This document shows positions 10,141 through 19,783 of a stretch of 64,000 nucleotides of DNA, piece by piece (the first letter of the stretch is position 1; the number at the start of each line of letters is the position of its first letter). The translations under genes and the position numbers were made by a program. Source of the DNA: a virus; IMG/VR virus record IMGVR_UViG_3300042987_004038, positions 32,831-96,830 of that record; one strand, given 5' to 3'. The notes under the pieces were generated by a model that saw nothing but the letters and a program-made list of their open reading frames with translations, searched no databases and was not told the DNA's origin.

Positions 10141-10204
10141 CTAATGAGTCTAGCCTACCATGTATCTGCTAGACAATGTCTTAAAAATTTTCTCAAAATT
10201 AAAG

Positions 10205-10210
10205 TATAAT
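10205..10210 (+). promoter_or_regulatory. Sigma70-type -10 box (TATAAT) before the epimerase gene
   Basis: Perfect TATAAT in a 90-bp intergenic gap, with SD GAGGT downstream. The -35 box is weak. Confidence 0.45.
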
Positions 10211-10230
10211 TCAATGGAAGAGGTCTATCT

Positions 10231-11235
10231 ATGAAAGCAATGCTGATAACGGGAATTGCAGGACTTTTGGGGTCGAGATTCGCAAAATGGGTCCTCGACA
10301 ATACTGATTACCAGGTCGTCGGCATTGATGACTTGTCTGGTGGATATATTGAAAATGTTGACAATAGAGCTGTTTTCTATAACGTAGACATATCTACGGA
10401 ACTAAAGTCTATTCAAGATATTTTTGAAAAGCATAATATTGAAATTGTTTATCACTTTGCTGCTTATGCAGCAGAGGGACTAAGCCCATTTATTAGAAGG
10501 TTTAATTATCAGAACAATCTAATAAGCTCAACTAATCTCATTAACTCCTCTATTAAGCATGATGTTAAAAGATTTGTCTTCACTAGTTCGATGGCAGTCT
10601 ATGGAGATAAAAACGAAGCACCGTTTAGTGAAGATCTAGCTCCTTGCCCAATAGATCCCTACGGGATTGCCAAATATGCAGTTGAAATGGATTTGAAATG
10701 TGCGTTTGAGCAGCATGGACTCAAATATACAATTATTAGACCGCACAATGTCTATGGTGAGGGACAAAATATCTGGGACAAGTATAGGAACGTTTTAGGG
10801 ATTTGGACCTATCAGCTCATGAATGATATTCGTCCAACAATATTCGGGGATGGATTGCAGAAGAGGTCATTTAGCTGCATTAGTGACTGTCTTGTTCCTC
10901 TGTGGAATGCATCGCAAAACGAAGATTGTGTCGGAGAAATAATCAACTTAGGTGGAATAAAAGAGACAACTATTATTGATGCTTATCGAACTCTTTCACG
11001 TGTTAGCAAAACAAACGTTGAGCCTAATTTTTTGCAGCCTAGACATGAAGCCAAATATGCATGGTCGACCTGGGAGAAATCACAAAATCTTCTAGATTTC
11101 AATCATAAAATTGATCTTGAAGAAGGATTGACAGAAATGTGGAATTGGGCACAAAGGCAGCCAAACAGAGAAAGAAAGTCCTGGAGCAGTTACGAACTCG
11201 AAAAAGGTCTATACGATTTCTGGAAAAACAAATGA
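10231..11235 (+). CDS. NAD-dependent nucleotide-sugar epimerase/dehydratase (extended SDR)
   Basis: TGIAGLLG Rossmann motif, HFAA, FTSSMAVYG, YGIAK (YxxxK), RPHNVYG. Confidence 0.93.
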   Translation: MKAMLITGIAGLLGSRFAKWVLDNTDYQVVGIDDLSGGYIENVDNRAVFYNVDISTELKSIQDIFEKHNIEIVYHFAAYAAEGLSPFIRRFNYQNNLISSTNLINSSIKHDVKRFVFTSSMAVYGDKNEAPFSEDLAPCPIDPYGIAKYAVEMDLKCAFEQHGLKYTIIRPHNVYGEGQNIWDKYRNVLGIWTYQLMNDIRPTIFGDGLQKRSFSCISDCLVPLWNASQNEDCVGEIINLGGIKETTIIDAYRTLSRVSKTNVEPNFLQPRHEAKYAWSTWEKSQNLLDFNHKIDLEEGLTEMWNWAQRQPNRERKSWSSYELEKGLYDFWKNK

Positions 11236-12230
11236 ATATTGACTTTATCTGTAGATCCAGGGATATAAAAGTTGGAACTTATAGAATCTTAGTGCATGAT
11301 TTGGCACGTGTCCTAGCTGATCAAGGACACAGCGTCCAAATTCACGGTCACGTTGAATCTACTAGAGAAGATTCAGTTCTGATCTATAGCAAAGGTGACG
11401 TTAATTTACATAGAACAAATGATAAAAGAATATGCGGTGCAATAAGTCTTAGTGGAGATTCAAATCAAAAATTTGATTTTTCAATAGTTAATTCAATTGA
11501 AGAGAAGAAATCAGTTGAGCACTTGTGCAAAGAAACTGTTATCATTAATCTTGTAGAAAAGATGTATCAGGGAATTCCTCTTAAGGATCACAAACCAGGT
11601 GATATTTTTACGGTAGGCTACCATGGAAGCTATACACATCTTCCCAAGCTAAAAGATGGATTTGTTGAGGCCTTTAATCATCTAATAGAAAATGGAAAAA
11701 GTATTAGGTTTAACTGTTTGACAAATAGCTCGACTATCTCAGGGGAGATTCTTAAAGATATCGGTCTTAATATGAAAAACGTCACATTTAGAGACTGGGA
11801 TTTTGGAATTGCAAGGGAGTTTATACAGCAGTCAGATGTTGGAATTATCCCAAACCTAACTTCTCTTAGGGATCACTCAGACATTGTAAATGATCACAAT
11901 AATCGAATAGGAACATACAATACTGATTATATTTTTAGATTTAAAAACAAGTCAAACCCAGGAAGATCTTTTGTATTCAATCAGCTAGGAATTCCTGTTA
12001 TTACTGATCTTACACCTTCAATGATGCCCATGTATTTTGACGAGATGTGCGGATCTGTCGCAACAAATTCACACACATGGCTAAGGGCAATCAATAGGTT
12101 TATGAGTCACACTGAAAGAAACAGTGCTGCATTAATTGCCTATAATAGATTTTGTGAATTGTACAGCATGGAAAAAGATGCCCAAAACTTAGTAAGAATC
12201 ATAGAAAATCTTCGAAAAGAGAGAATCTAG
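11232..12230 (+). CDS. Putative GT-B fold glycosyltransferase
   Basis: Start re-called at ATG 11232 (ATGA overlap). Motifs GYHG, SDVGIIP and KSNPGR...LGIPVIT. Confidence 0.6.
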   Translation: MNIDFICRSRDIKVGTYRILVHDLARVLADQGHSVQIHGHVESTREDSVLIYSKGDVNLHRTNDKRICGAISLSGDSNQKFDFSIVNSIEEKKSVEHLCKETVIINLVEKMYQGIPLKDHKPGDIFTVGYHGSYTHLPKLKDGFVEAFNHLIENGKSIRFNCLTNSSTISGEILKDIGLNMKNVTFRDWDFGIAREFIQQSDVGIIPNLTSLRDHSDIVNDHNNRIGTYNTDYIFRFKNKSNPGRSFVFNQLGIPVITDLTPSMMPMYFDEMCGSVATNSHTWLRAINRFMSHTERNSAALIAYNRFCELYSMEKDAQNLVRIIENLRKERI

Positions 12231-12845
12231 ATGGAATACCAAGATTACGTAAAAATGCAGACAGTATCTTCTCTTTCTCATGAAGAAGAGAAGCATGTTT
12301 GGGCAGAAGGACAACGACGCTTTGTAAGAGACATAATTAAAAATCTCAAAAAAGAAGATTTGATCCTTGATTGTGCATGCGGAGATGGAATAGGAATTGA
12401 AGAGCTTGGAAGACTGGGATTTGATGCAATCGGCGTAGATCTTGCAGAACCAAAGCTAGAAAGAGCAAGAAAAAAGAATCTAAAAGTTCTTAATTCTGAT
12501 ATGCATGATCTCTCTATTTTTGCAGATCATCAATTTAGTGTGATTATTTGTTCTCATACTTTAGAGCACGCCTATAATCCTGACAAAGTTATTGAAAATT
12601 TTAGAAGAATTTTAAAGCCAGGCGGTCTATTGTTCATAGTTCTGCCATTCCCTGATCTAAGCAATAATATTGATGTTCACATTGCAAAAGATGTGCTAGG
12701 AACATCAGATGAGAAAGATGGTGAAAATAAATTGAAATCATTTTTTGAAAATAGAGGATTTTCAATTTTTGAAAAGAAGTTTGACAGTTACAGAGAGCCA
12801 GAAATATGGCTATTTTTAAAAAATGTATCAAATGGTGAAATATGA
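12231..12845 (+). CDS. Class I SAM-dependent methyltransferase
   Basis: ILDCACGDG, GVDL, DMHDL, HTLEH, ILKPGG. Confidence 0.9.
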   Translation: MEYQDYVKMQTVSSLSHEEEKHVWAEGQRRFVRDIIKNLKKEDLILDCACGDGIGIEELGRLGFDAIGVDLAEPKLERARKKNLKVLNSDMHDLSIFADHQFSVIICSHTLEHAYNPDKVIENFRRILKPGGLLFIVLPFPDLSNNIDVHIAKDVLGTSDEKDGENKLKSFFENRGFSIFEKKFDSYREPEIWLFLKNVSNGEI

Positions 12846-13603
12846 GCAAATCAAAAGGAATACTATACATTGCATTCGGCGACTCTTTCACCAGAGAGGG
12901 AGTAATGTCTTATTTGTCGCTTAGGCGACATATGCCAAATATAAATGTCTGCTTTATGACTGATCGAACTGATCTTCTTGAATTGCATAAAAATGAAGAT
13001 TCAAATTTAATTGTTGAAAAAATACAGCCTAGACACATAAGATCAAAAGTTGACTTTGTATCAAAGACGCCCTTTGATAAGACGCTGTATCTTGATTCTG
13101 ATACTTTTGTTGTTAGAGATCTCTCTGATGTTTTTGAATCTCTTGATAGATTTGATGTTGCTCTGACTCACGACTTCGCAAGAAAGAGAAAGAAATATGC
13201 AGATATTATTCCTGAGTACGACCAAATTCCTTACTCTTTTTCTGAGGTAAATGGAGGAGTTTTTGCCTATGCAAAGAATGAAAGGACTGAGAAGTTTTTA
13301 AATCTCTGGAATCATTATTTTTACAAATACTTCAATCAGACAAATGGCTGGGATCAGGTAAGTTTAAGAATCTCTCTTTGGCAGAGTGATGTAAAGCTTT
13401 TTCATCTTCCCGTCGAATTCAACATAAGAAGCAAAGCTGTCAGAGAGAAGCAAGATAGATTCAAACACGAATACGGTGAACAGCATATGGCGCCTAGAAT
13501 CTATCATATGCACTATAATCCTGAAGTCCACCAGGGAATTTTCAGGATTCAAACGCTGGAAGATTTAGAGAAAAAAATAAAAGAAAATGCTCTGGAGTAC
13601 TAG
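12842..13603 (+). CDS. GT-A fold nucleotide-diphospho-sugar transferase (GT8-like)
   Basis: TPFDKTLYLDSDT (DxD), NGGV, WDQ. Confidence 0.78.
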   Translation: MSKSKGILYIAFGDSFTREGVMSYLSLRRHMPNINVCFMTDRTDLLELHKNEDSNLIVEKIQPRHIRSKVDFVSKTPFDKTLYLDSDTFVVRDLSDVFESLDRFDVALTHDFARKRKKYADIIPEYDQIPYSFSEVNGGVFAYAKNERTEKFLNLWNHYFYKYFNQTNGWDQVSLRISLWQSDVKLFHLPVEFNIRSKAVREKQDRFKHEYGEQHMAPRIYHMHYNPEVHQGIFRIQTLEDLEKKIKENALEY

Positions 13604-13612
13604 GAGAAAATT

Positions 13613-14371
13613 ATGAAACTAGCTATATTGATCACTGCTCATGCTCAAACAATAGAGTGGGAATTAAATGCAGAGTTCTTTAAAAGAATGCCAAGCGACA
13701 GTATCATTAGAAATGCTGATATAATTGCATATGCTAATTGCAAAGATATTAAAGCTTCAAAAATTGAGCAATACTTGGAACTTTTTCCTAATCCGAGAAA
13801 GTATCTCTTATACACGCCCTTGAATGGACATTCAGTTGCTAATTTACCAATTGACGTAAGTACAAACCAGTATAAGACAAACTTCAATAACAGAGCAGGA
13901 TATTTATTTGGAGCCCTCGAGGCCTACACAGGAACATTTGATCTACTAAAAACATATGACTATGTAGTTCAAATAAACCCTGATGTTTATATCACTGATT
14001 GTTCTAAGCTTGAAACCTATTTGATGGAGAAAGTCAACTCACCTGAAGTTTTTCATGTCAATACAATGAGAGCTGATATTGACAAGGGATTCACGTGTGA
14101 CTTTATTGTTTATCGTCCTAACATGATGCCTGGAAATATTTTTTCCTCTTACAGATCTCCTGAAGTAATGAACTATGTCCTAGAGAAGTCAAATTCTGAT
14201 CCAAATTTTAAATTCATACCTGAGCAGATACTCAAGAGAATTTGTGATGTGTTCAATTTGAAATACGGAGTAATATGCCCGGGAACTAGAAATGGTAGAC
14301 AAATAGACGCTTATGGATTGTGGCATTGTCATGACATAGATGCTGCAAGAAGAGAGCTTGGGCTAGCATGA
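13613..14371 (+). CDS. Hypothetical protein, possibly a divergent GT-A glycosyltransferase
   Basis: YDYVVQINPDVYI resembles a degenerate DxD strand. SD AGGAG present. Lies inside the glycan cluster. Confidence 0.4.
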   Translation: MKLAILITAHAQTIEWELNAEFFKRMPSDSIIRNADIIAYANCKDIKASKIEQYLELFPNPRKYLLYTPLNGHSVANLPIDVSTNQYKTNFNNRAGYLFGALEAYTGTFDLLKTYDYVVQINPDVYITDCSKLETYLMEKVNSPEVFHVNTMRADIDKGFTCDFIVYRPNMMPGNIFSSYRSPEVMNYVLEKSNSDPNFKFIPEQILKRICDVFNLKYGVICPGTRNGRQIDAYGLWHCHDIDAARRELGLA

Positions 14372-15309
14372 GAGCACTATTTCTACATTTTTCACATCTA
14401 AATGATGAAATTGAAGGAAGAGAGCTTCCTAGATATTTTGCAAAAATGGGTCATAGCGTCCACAGCCTTTTTGTGAAAGATGTAAGAAAATTTGTTGCAA
14501 GATTCCATTCCAATGGTTCGATTGAAACAATTAATGAGAATGAACTTTTTGAAAATTACGAATTGATTGTTTGCAAGAGTAGCTCATTCCAGAGATACGG
14601 AAAGAAATATACGGGACCAACAACACGAGTCGTTAATGTGACCCCAATGGGAATTGATTACAATCTCTCAGGTGTAACACAGGGTTTTGATGTTAGTCAG
14701 CTTATTAAACCCCCAGTTGAAGATATGAAAAATGTCTTAACCGGATACATTCCCTGGGAAAAAAGAAAAAACCAAATTGTCATAGCAGCAAGCATAGGAT
14801 CTGATAAAAATCAACTAGAATTCGTTGACTACTTTGATCCGCAGCTATTTCCTAATTTTAGAATCCTGTTTTTAGGAACAATTGTTTCTGATTCATACGT
14901 CCAGCAATTGAAAAATATTCTAAAAAGAAAAAATGTCGAATTTGAATTTGACAATGTTGATAGAAAAACTCTGGCTCAAATCTTCTTGGAGTCCAAGTTT
15001 TCTGCTTTAACAACAGATCCCAGGCCCGCTCAACCCTACGACCCCAGCCCGAGGGTTGTATTTGAATCAGTGAGTGCCGGAACACCGTGTCTATTATCAG
15101 ATCTGGTTAGAGTTCATGATGGAGCAAAGCGTTTTTCCTTCTTTTATGAACATCAAAACAGGAATTCATTTTTAGATATGATGAATCGTGTTTCTCATTT
15201 TGATATTTCTTCTCTATCAAAAGAAAGTCATGATTATGCTTCTCGAGAATATACAATGGAAAATGCGTGTAAAACTGCCTATAATGATATTATGGAAACA
15301 ATAAAGTGA
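14368..15309 (+). CDS. GT-B fold glycosyltransferase (GT4-like)
   Basis: DKNQ, DPSPRVVFESVSAGTPCL. Confidence 0.7.
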   Translation: MRALFLHFSHLNDEIEGRELPRYFAKMGHSVHSLFVKDVRKFVARFHSNGSIETINENELFENYELIVCKSSSFQRYGKKYTGPTTRVVNVTPMGIDYNLSGVTQGFDVSQLIKPPVEDMKNVLTGYIPWEKRKNQIVIAASIGSDKNQLEFVDYFDPQLFPNFRILFLGTIVSDSYVQQLKNILKRKNVEFEFDNVDRKTLAQIFLESKFSALTTDPRPAQPYDPSPRVVFESVSAGTPCLLSDLVRVHDGAKRFSFFYEHQNRNSFLDMMNRVSHFDISSLSKESHDYASREYTMENACKTAYNDIMETIK

Positions 15310-15947
15310 CAACCAAAGATTTAATCTGTTTTATGTCTCATATAGACGATTTTGAGATATCTTGCCTCTCCTATCTCTTTAAGCACAAGGACGAGTATAG
15401 GGACATTAAGTGCATAGTGGCAACAACCTGGGATGCCAAAAAAGAGATCTGGAAAGAAAATCTTTCTGCCATTGAAGAAAAAATTCAAAGAAAGATTTCT
15501 TATGAAAATCTTGGTTTCGAACAGAGAAAAATGCAAACAAATCTTGATGACATAAAAAATAGTCTCTATGGAAAAATAAGCTTTGATAAGTCATCAAGAT
15601 TCGATATTATCTCTCACGATTTCAATGATTGTCACACAGATCACCTTGCTGCACATTTAATATCAAAAGGTCTCTACAAATATTCTGATAGATTTATTAC
15701 TGTGTATTCTCCAAGCTCTTCAAAATTTGATGCTAATTATTGGATAAATTTGACCGATGAAGATTTTGAATTTAAGAAACTTATGCTTGACAAGTATGAC
15801 ATTAATGTTGAGCAGTCCTATACAAAGCTAGGATATTATCTACAGAGTGAAAAGCACTATGATATTGGGAGTGCCTATTATCTTGAAAACTTTGTTCATA
15901 AGCACTACAATCACTATGAATGCTATAGGATACTGAAATGGTCATGA
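15306..15947 (+). CDS. PIG-L/LmbE-family N-deacetylase
   Basis: SHIDDFE (HxDD) and DCHTDH metal-binding motifs. Confidence 0.8.
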   Translation: MTTKDLICFMSHIDDFEISCLSYLFKHKDEYRDIKCIVATTWDAKKEIWKENLSAIEEKIQRKISYENLGFEQRKMQTNLDDIKNSLYGKISFDKSSRFDIISHDFNDCHTDHLAAHLISKGLYKYSDRFITVYSPSSSKFDANYWINLTDEDFEFKKLMLDKYDINVEQSYTKLGYYLQSEKHYDIGSAYYLENFVHKHYNHYECYRILKWS

Positions 15948-16588
15948 AGAATCCCAGGTACGTTGCAGATGCCTTTTATTTTGATACTGATATAGTGAGT
16001 AAAAATCCTACATTTGTTCATGTTGGAACTTTTACTGGCAAACTAGAGACAAAATTGACAGAAATGTTTCCGGATTGCAAAATTTATTCAATTGAGCCGC
16101 ATCCCGATAATTTTGCCAGGCTTGTCAAGAGCACAAGTCATCTGGAAAATGTAATTAGAATTAACAAAGCCGTTATTACAACTGATGACGAGAAGACAAA
16201 ACTAGAAGGCTCGGGATCTTGTGCAACCACGTATCTAACCACTCGTGGCATAGAAGTTCAGGCCACGACAATTGAAAAGATAATCAAAGAATATGAAATT
16301 TCTGATGTTGATTGCATGTTTTACAATGCTGAAGGATCAGAAATGGAATTTATTCCTTACATTGTATCGAATAGTATCAACAAGAAGATCAAGCAACTTT
16401 GTCTAAATTTTCACGTTCACGTCCCGCAGTTCAATATAACCTATGAAAAAGTTGATAATCTTCTGAGAAATTCAGGTATTTCTGATCTATACGACATCAA
16501 TGATGACAGGATCACAAAAATTGCTTCAAAAGCGACAGGCAGTCCAACGAGTGAAAAGTATCCATGCTTTCTTTTTATTAGAAAGTAA
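15938..16588 (+). CDS. FkbM-like methyltransferase
   Basis: VHVGTFTG, YSIEPHPDNF, INKAV, NAEGSE (variant of DxEGxE). Confidence 0.75.
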   Translation: MVMKNPRYVADAFYFDTDIVSKNPTFVHVGTFTGKLETKLTEMFPDCKIYSIEPHPDNFARLVKSTSHLENVIRINKAVITTDDEKTKLEGSGSCATTYLTTRGIEVQATTIEKIIKEYEISDVDCMFYNAEGSEMEFIPYIVSNSINKKIKQLCLNFHVHVPQFNITYEKVDNLLRNSGISDLYDINDDRITKIASKATGSPTSEKYPCFLFIRK

Positions 16589-17182
16589 ATGATTATCTCT
16601 ATTCATCAGCCTGAGCATTTTCCATACATGGGATTCTTCCAAAAAATGGAAGCCTGTGACCTTTTTGTTGTACTTGATACAGTAAAGTTTAGAAAAAACT
16701 ACTTTCAAAATAGAAATAGATTTATCAACAGGTCTGGAGAAGAAGAGTGGTTTACTGTTCCTGTTGAAAAAGATGCAAATTCAAAGGCAATCAACCAAGT
16801 TTCTGTCTCCCAGATTGGAAATTGGCGAACAAAAGTTCCAAAGCAGATCAAGCTTAACCTGGGGCATAACGTAGAAGACATCTATCAGTCAAGTAACAAG
16901 CTTGTAGACATAAACATGGCATCAATAAACTGGGTAAGAGAAAAGCTTGGCATTAAGACGCCAATGATAATGTCATCTGATATCTCTCCAGTAGGCGCCA
17001 AGACTGATTTAATCATAGATGTTTGCCAAAAACTAAAAGCAGACGAATACATCTCAGGAGAAAGTGGAAGAGACTATCTTGAGAGACAAAAATTCTATGA
17101 TAATGGAATAAAGTTGACTTTTTTTGAACCAAAAGTTGACAATTTAATGTCTTCGATCTACAATATTCCAACGAGAAAATAA
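16589..17182 (+). CDS. WbqC-like protein
   Basis: IHQPEHFPYMGFFQKM...FVVLD...FQNRNR...TVPV, YISGESGRDYL. Confidence 0.88.
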   Translation: MIISIHQPEHFPYMGFFQKMEACDLFVVLDTVKFRKNYFQNRNRFINRSGEEEWFTVPVEKDANSKAINQVSVSQIGNWRTKVPKQIKLNLGHNVEDIYQSSNKLVDINMASINWVREKLGIKTPMIMSSDISPVGAKTDLIIDVCQKLKADEYISGESGRDYLERQKFYDNGIKLTFFEPKVDNLMSSIYNIPTRK

Positions 17183-17184
17183 AA

Positions 17185-17949
17185 ATGAAAACTTACGATT
17201 GCTTCCTCTTTTTTGATGAATTTGATCTACTTGAATTAAGACTTGAAACTCTTTATGATCATGTTGACGTGTTTGTTTTGGTCGAAAGTAAGTTTACTTT
17301 TACAGGAAATCCAAAGCCTCTTTACTTTTTAGAAAATAGAGATAGATTTAAAAAGTGGTCTGATAAAATTAGACACGTAATAATTCAAGATAGGTTTGAA
17401 TCTGAAAATACATGGCAAACTGAGTACAGAGATAGGAATCAAATAGGTGTAGGCCTATTTGACGCTGAGCCGGAAGATCTAATATTTGTATCAGATTGTG
17501 ACGAAATCTGGGATCCAGAGAAAAAGCTCTTTTTAGTAGATCAAAATTTTCCCATTAGATACATGGCTACGCTGAGTTATTATTTTCTCAATCTAAGAAG
17601 AGTGAATTTCTCATCAGGAAGATGCACAGCAAGGACACACTTTAGAAATTTCAAAGATGCCCAATCTTTGAGATCTAATCAGAACTGTATTAAACTTGAA
17701 AATAGTAGCTGGCATTTTAGTTACATTGCTGATGCAGATAGAATTATCAAAAAGATTCAGGCTTTTTCACATACTGAATATAATACTCCGTATTTTACCG
17801 ACAAAGATAGAATCATAGAGAAGATTAAAGAAGGAAAAGATCTACTCGATAGAGATGCAGTGTATAAAGCAGTCCCAGTTGATCATACCTTTCCAAAGCC
17901 TATCCAGGAAAATCCAGACAGGTGGAAAAATTTCTTGAAAGATTTATGA
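17185..17949 (+). CDS. Glycosyltransferase family 17 (GlcNAc-transferase-like)
   Basis: YDCFLFFDEFDLLELRL, FVLVES..TFTGNPKPLYF, SDCDEI, WHFSY. Confidence 0.88.
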   Translation: MKTYDCFLFFDEFDLLELRLETLYDHVDVFVLVESKFTFTGNPKPLYFLENRDRFKKWSDKIRHVIIQDRFESENTWQTEYRDRNQIGVGLFDAEPEDLIFVSDCDEIWDPEKKLFLVDQNFPIRYMATLSYYFLNLRRVNFSSGRCTARTHFRNFKDAQSLRSNQNCIKLENSSWHFSYIADADRIIKKIQAFSHTEYNTPYFTDKDRIIEKIKEGKDLLDRDAVYKAVPVDHTFPKPIQENPDRWKNFLKDL

Positions 17950-17977
17950 TTGTTAAAAACAAGCAAAGAGAGAAAAA

Positions 17978-18922
17978 ATGAGCATTGCAGTAATTGGGCA
18001 GGGTTTTGTTGGGGGATCTCTGACGACAGTTTTTTCTGAAAGGGGATTTACTGTCTATACGTATGATAAATCAGGAAAGAGATCACCTGGTTCATTTGAT
18101 CTATCTTCCACATGGTCACTAAAGGGAATGATAGACTACGCAGAGAGAGTAGGACCCACAAAGGGTCAAAAGTTTTCTGGTGTCTACTTTGTTTGCGTGC
18201 CTACTCCAATGTACGAAGATGGATCTGCTGATCTTTCAATTGTTGAAAGTGTACTCGAAGAGCTGGCAGAATCTCCTGGTGAGAGAATAGCAGTTGTCAA
18301 GTCTACAGTTCCTCCCGGATCGACGGATAAGTGGAACAAGCGTTTTAATTCAAGCGGCCTCTATATTGTTTTTAATCCAGAGTTTTTAACTGAAGCAAAC
18401 GCAATTAATGATATGAGAGAGCAAAATCGGATTATTCTCGGAGGACCAAGGCCTCAAATAAATACAGTTAAAAATGTATTCCAGCGAGCATTTCCAAGCG
18501 TACCAATTGTCAAGACAGGCTCGACAACAGCTGAAATGGTAAAGTATGTTACCAATTGCTTCCTTGCAGTCAAGGTATCATTTGCAAATGAAATATCTCA
18601 GATATGTGAATCTCTTGATAAGAATGGATACAACATTGACTATGACAAGGTAATTGAGTATGCCAAATTTGATCAAAGGATTGGTGAGTCTCACTGGTCA
18701 GTACCAGGTCCGGTCCCTACACACGATGGAAGATATGTGAGAGGATTTGGCGGACATTGCTTTCCAAAAGATATTAATGCTCTAATTTCAGTTGCAAAAG
18801 AAAGCGGAGTAAATCCAACTGTGATGAACGCTGCCTGGGAAAAGAATCTGGAAGTTAGAGGTACAAATGATAGAGATTGGGAGCACCAGATTGGTAGGGC
18901 TGTGAGTAAAAAGATAAACTAG
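17978..18922 (+). CDS. ugd: UDP-glucose/GDP-mannose 6-dehydrogenase family (short form)
   Basis: IGQGFVG, CVPTP, KSTVPPG, FNPEFL, AEMVKY..N, GFGGHCFPKD. Confidence 0.9.
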   Translation: MSIAVIGQGFVGGSLTTVFSERGFTVYTYDKSGKRSPGSFDLSSTWSLKGMIDYAERVGPTKGQKFSGVYFVCVPTPMYEDGSADLSIVESVLEELAESPGERIAVVKSTVPPGSTDKWNKRFNSSGLYIVFNPEFLTEANAINDMREQNRIILGGPRPQINTVKNVFQRAFPSVPIVKTGSTTAEMVKYVTNCFLAVKVSFANEISQICESLDKNGYNIDYDKVIEYAKFDQRIGESHWSVPGPVPTHDGRYVRGFGGHCFPKDINALISVAKESGVNPTVMNAAWEKNLEVRGTNDRDWEHQIGRAVSKKIN

Positions 18923-18945
18923 AGAAATATTGGATATGATTTTTT

Positions 18946-19761
18946 GTGACAAATTTTCCAACAGGCAAACCTCACGTTTCTTATTCTGAGATTAGGGCAT
19001 GGAAAGAATGCTCTTGGAGACATAAGCTTGTATATGTTGACAAGATAGACAAGTTTAAGCCTAGTCCAAATATTGACTTTGGCACCCATGTTCACGCTGA
19101 ATGTGAAGACTATCTGGTCAAGAGAACTTTTAATTTAGATCGACTTGAAAATAGCATAGCATCTGGGTGGAAAGAGAAGAACTTTGGAGATCCCACGCCT
19201 TGGATTTCTGAAGCAAAGCAAATCCTAGAAGAAATTCCAGAATTTCTGGAAAATAATTTTCCAGATTGGGCTTGTATTGCATCAGAACACCAACTTTATG
19301 AATCTATTGAAGGTAGCGACGTCAAATTTAAGGGATTCATAGACGGCATGATTAGATCGAAAAATAAGAGAGGCCAGGAAAAGCTCTGGTTAATAGACTG
19401 GAAAACAACCTCTGCTAGGGGCTGGAATAGTGATAAGCGTCGAGATTTTCTTGTTCAGGCACAACTTGCACTGTATAAATTTTATACGAGTCAAAAATTT
19501 GAAATAGATCCAAAAGACATAAAGTGTGCCTTTGTTCTTCTTAAGAGAGGATCAAAAAAAGGAAAAGCATGCGAACTAATAGACATCTCAGTTGGACCAA
19601 AAACACTTGAGAATGCTAATAAGCTTGTAACTTCAATGATCAAGAGTGTAAATTCTGGAATTTACCTAAAAAACAGATCATCGTGCACTTACTGCGAATT
19701 CAAGGGCACTGATCATTGCCCTGGATCTACAGAGTTTTCGGCATTTACGACGCAAAGATAG
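18946..19761 (+). CDS. PD-(D/E)XK nuclease, Cas4/AddB-like with Fe-S cysteines
   Basis: SYSEIRAWKEC, KGFID, IDWKT, QLALY and C-terminal CTYC...C. Confidence 0.85.
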   Translation: MTNFPTGKPHVSYSEIRAWKECSWRHKLVYVDKIDKFKPSPNIDFGTHVHAECEDYLVKRTFNLDRLENSIASGWKEKNFGDPTPWISEAKQILEEIPEFLENNFPDWACIASEHQLYESIEGSDVKFKGFIDGMIRSKNKRGQEKLWLIDWKTTSARGWNSDKRRDFLVQAQLALYKFYTSQKFEIDPKDIKCAFVLLKRGSKKGKACELIDISVGPKTLENANKLVTSMIKSVNSGIYLKNRSSCTYCEFKGTDHCPGSTEFSAFTTQR

Positions 19762-19783
19762 AGCTTATTGTTTGGATAATAAC

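Noticed and set aside
5434-18922. Host O-antigen/capsule locus or chimeric assembly
   Set aside because: No wzx, wzy, ABC exporter or priming transferase is present. The strand, tight packing and flanks are continuous with phage genes. Read coverage would be needed to exclude a chimera fully.
18946-19761. Possible CRISPR-Cas system suggested by the Cas4-like gene
   Set aside because: No repeat-spacer array or other cas genes are visible, and intergenic gaps are too short to hold an array.
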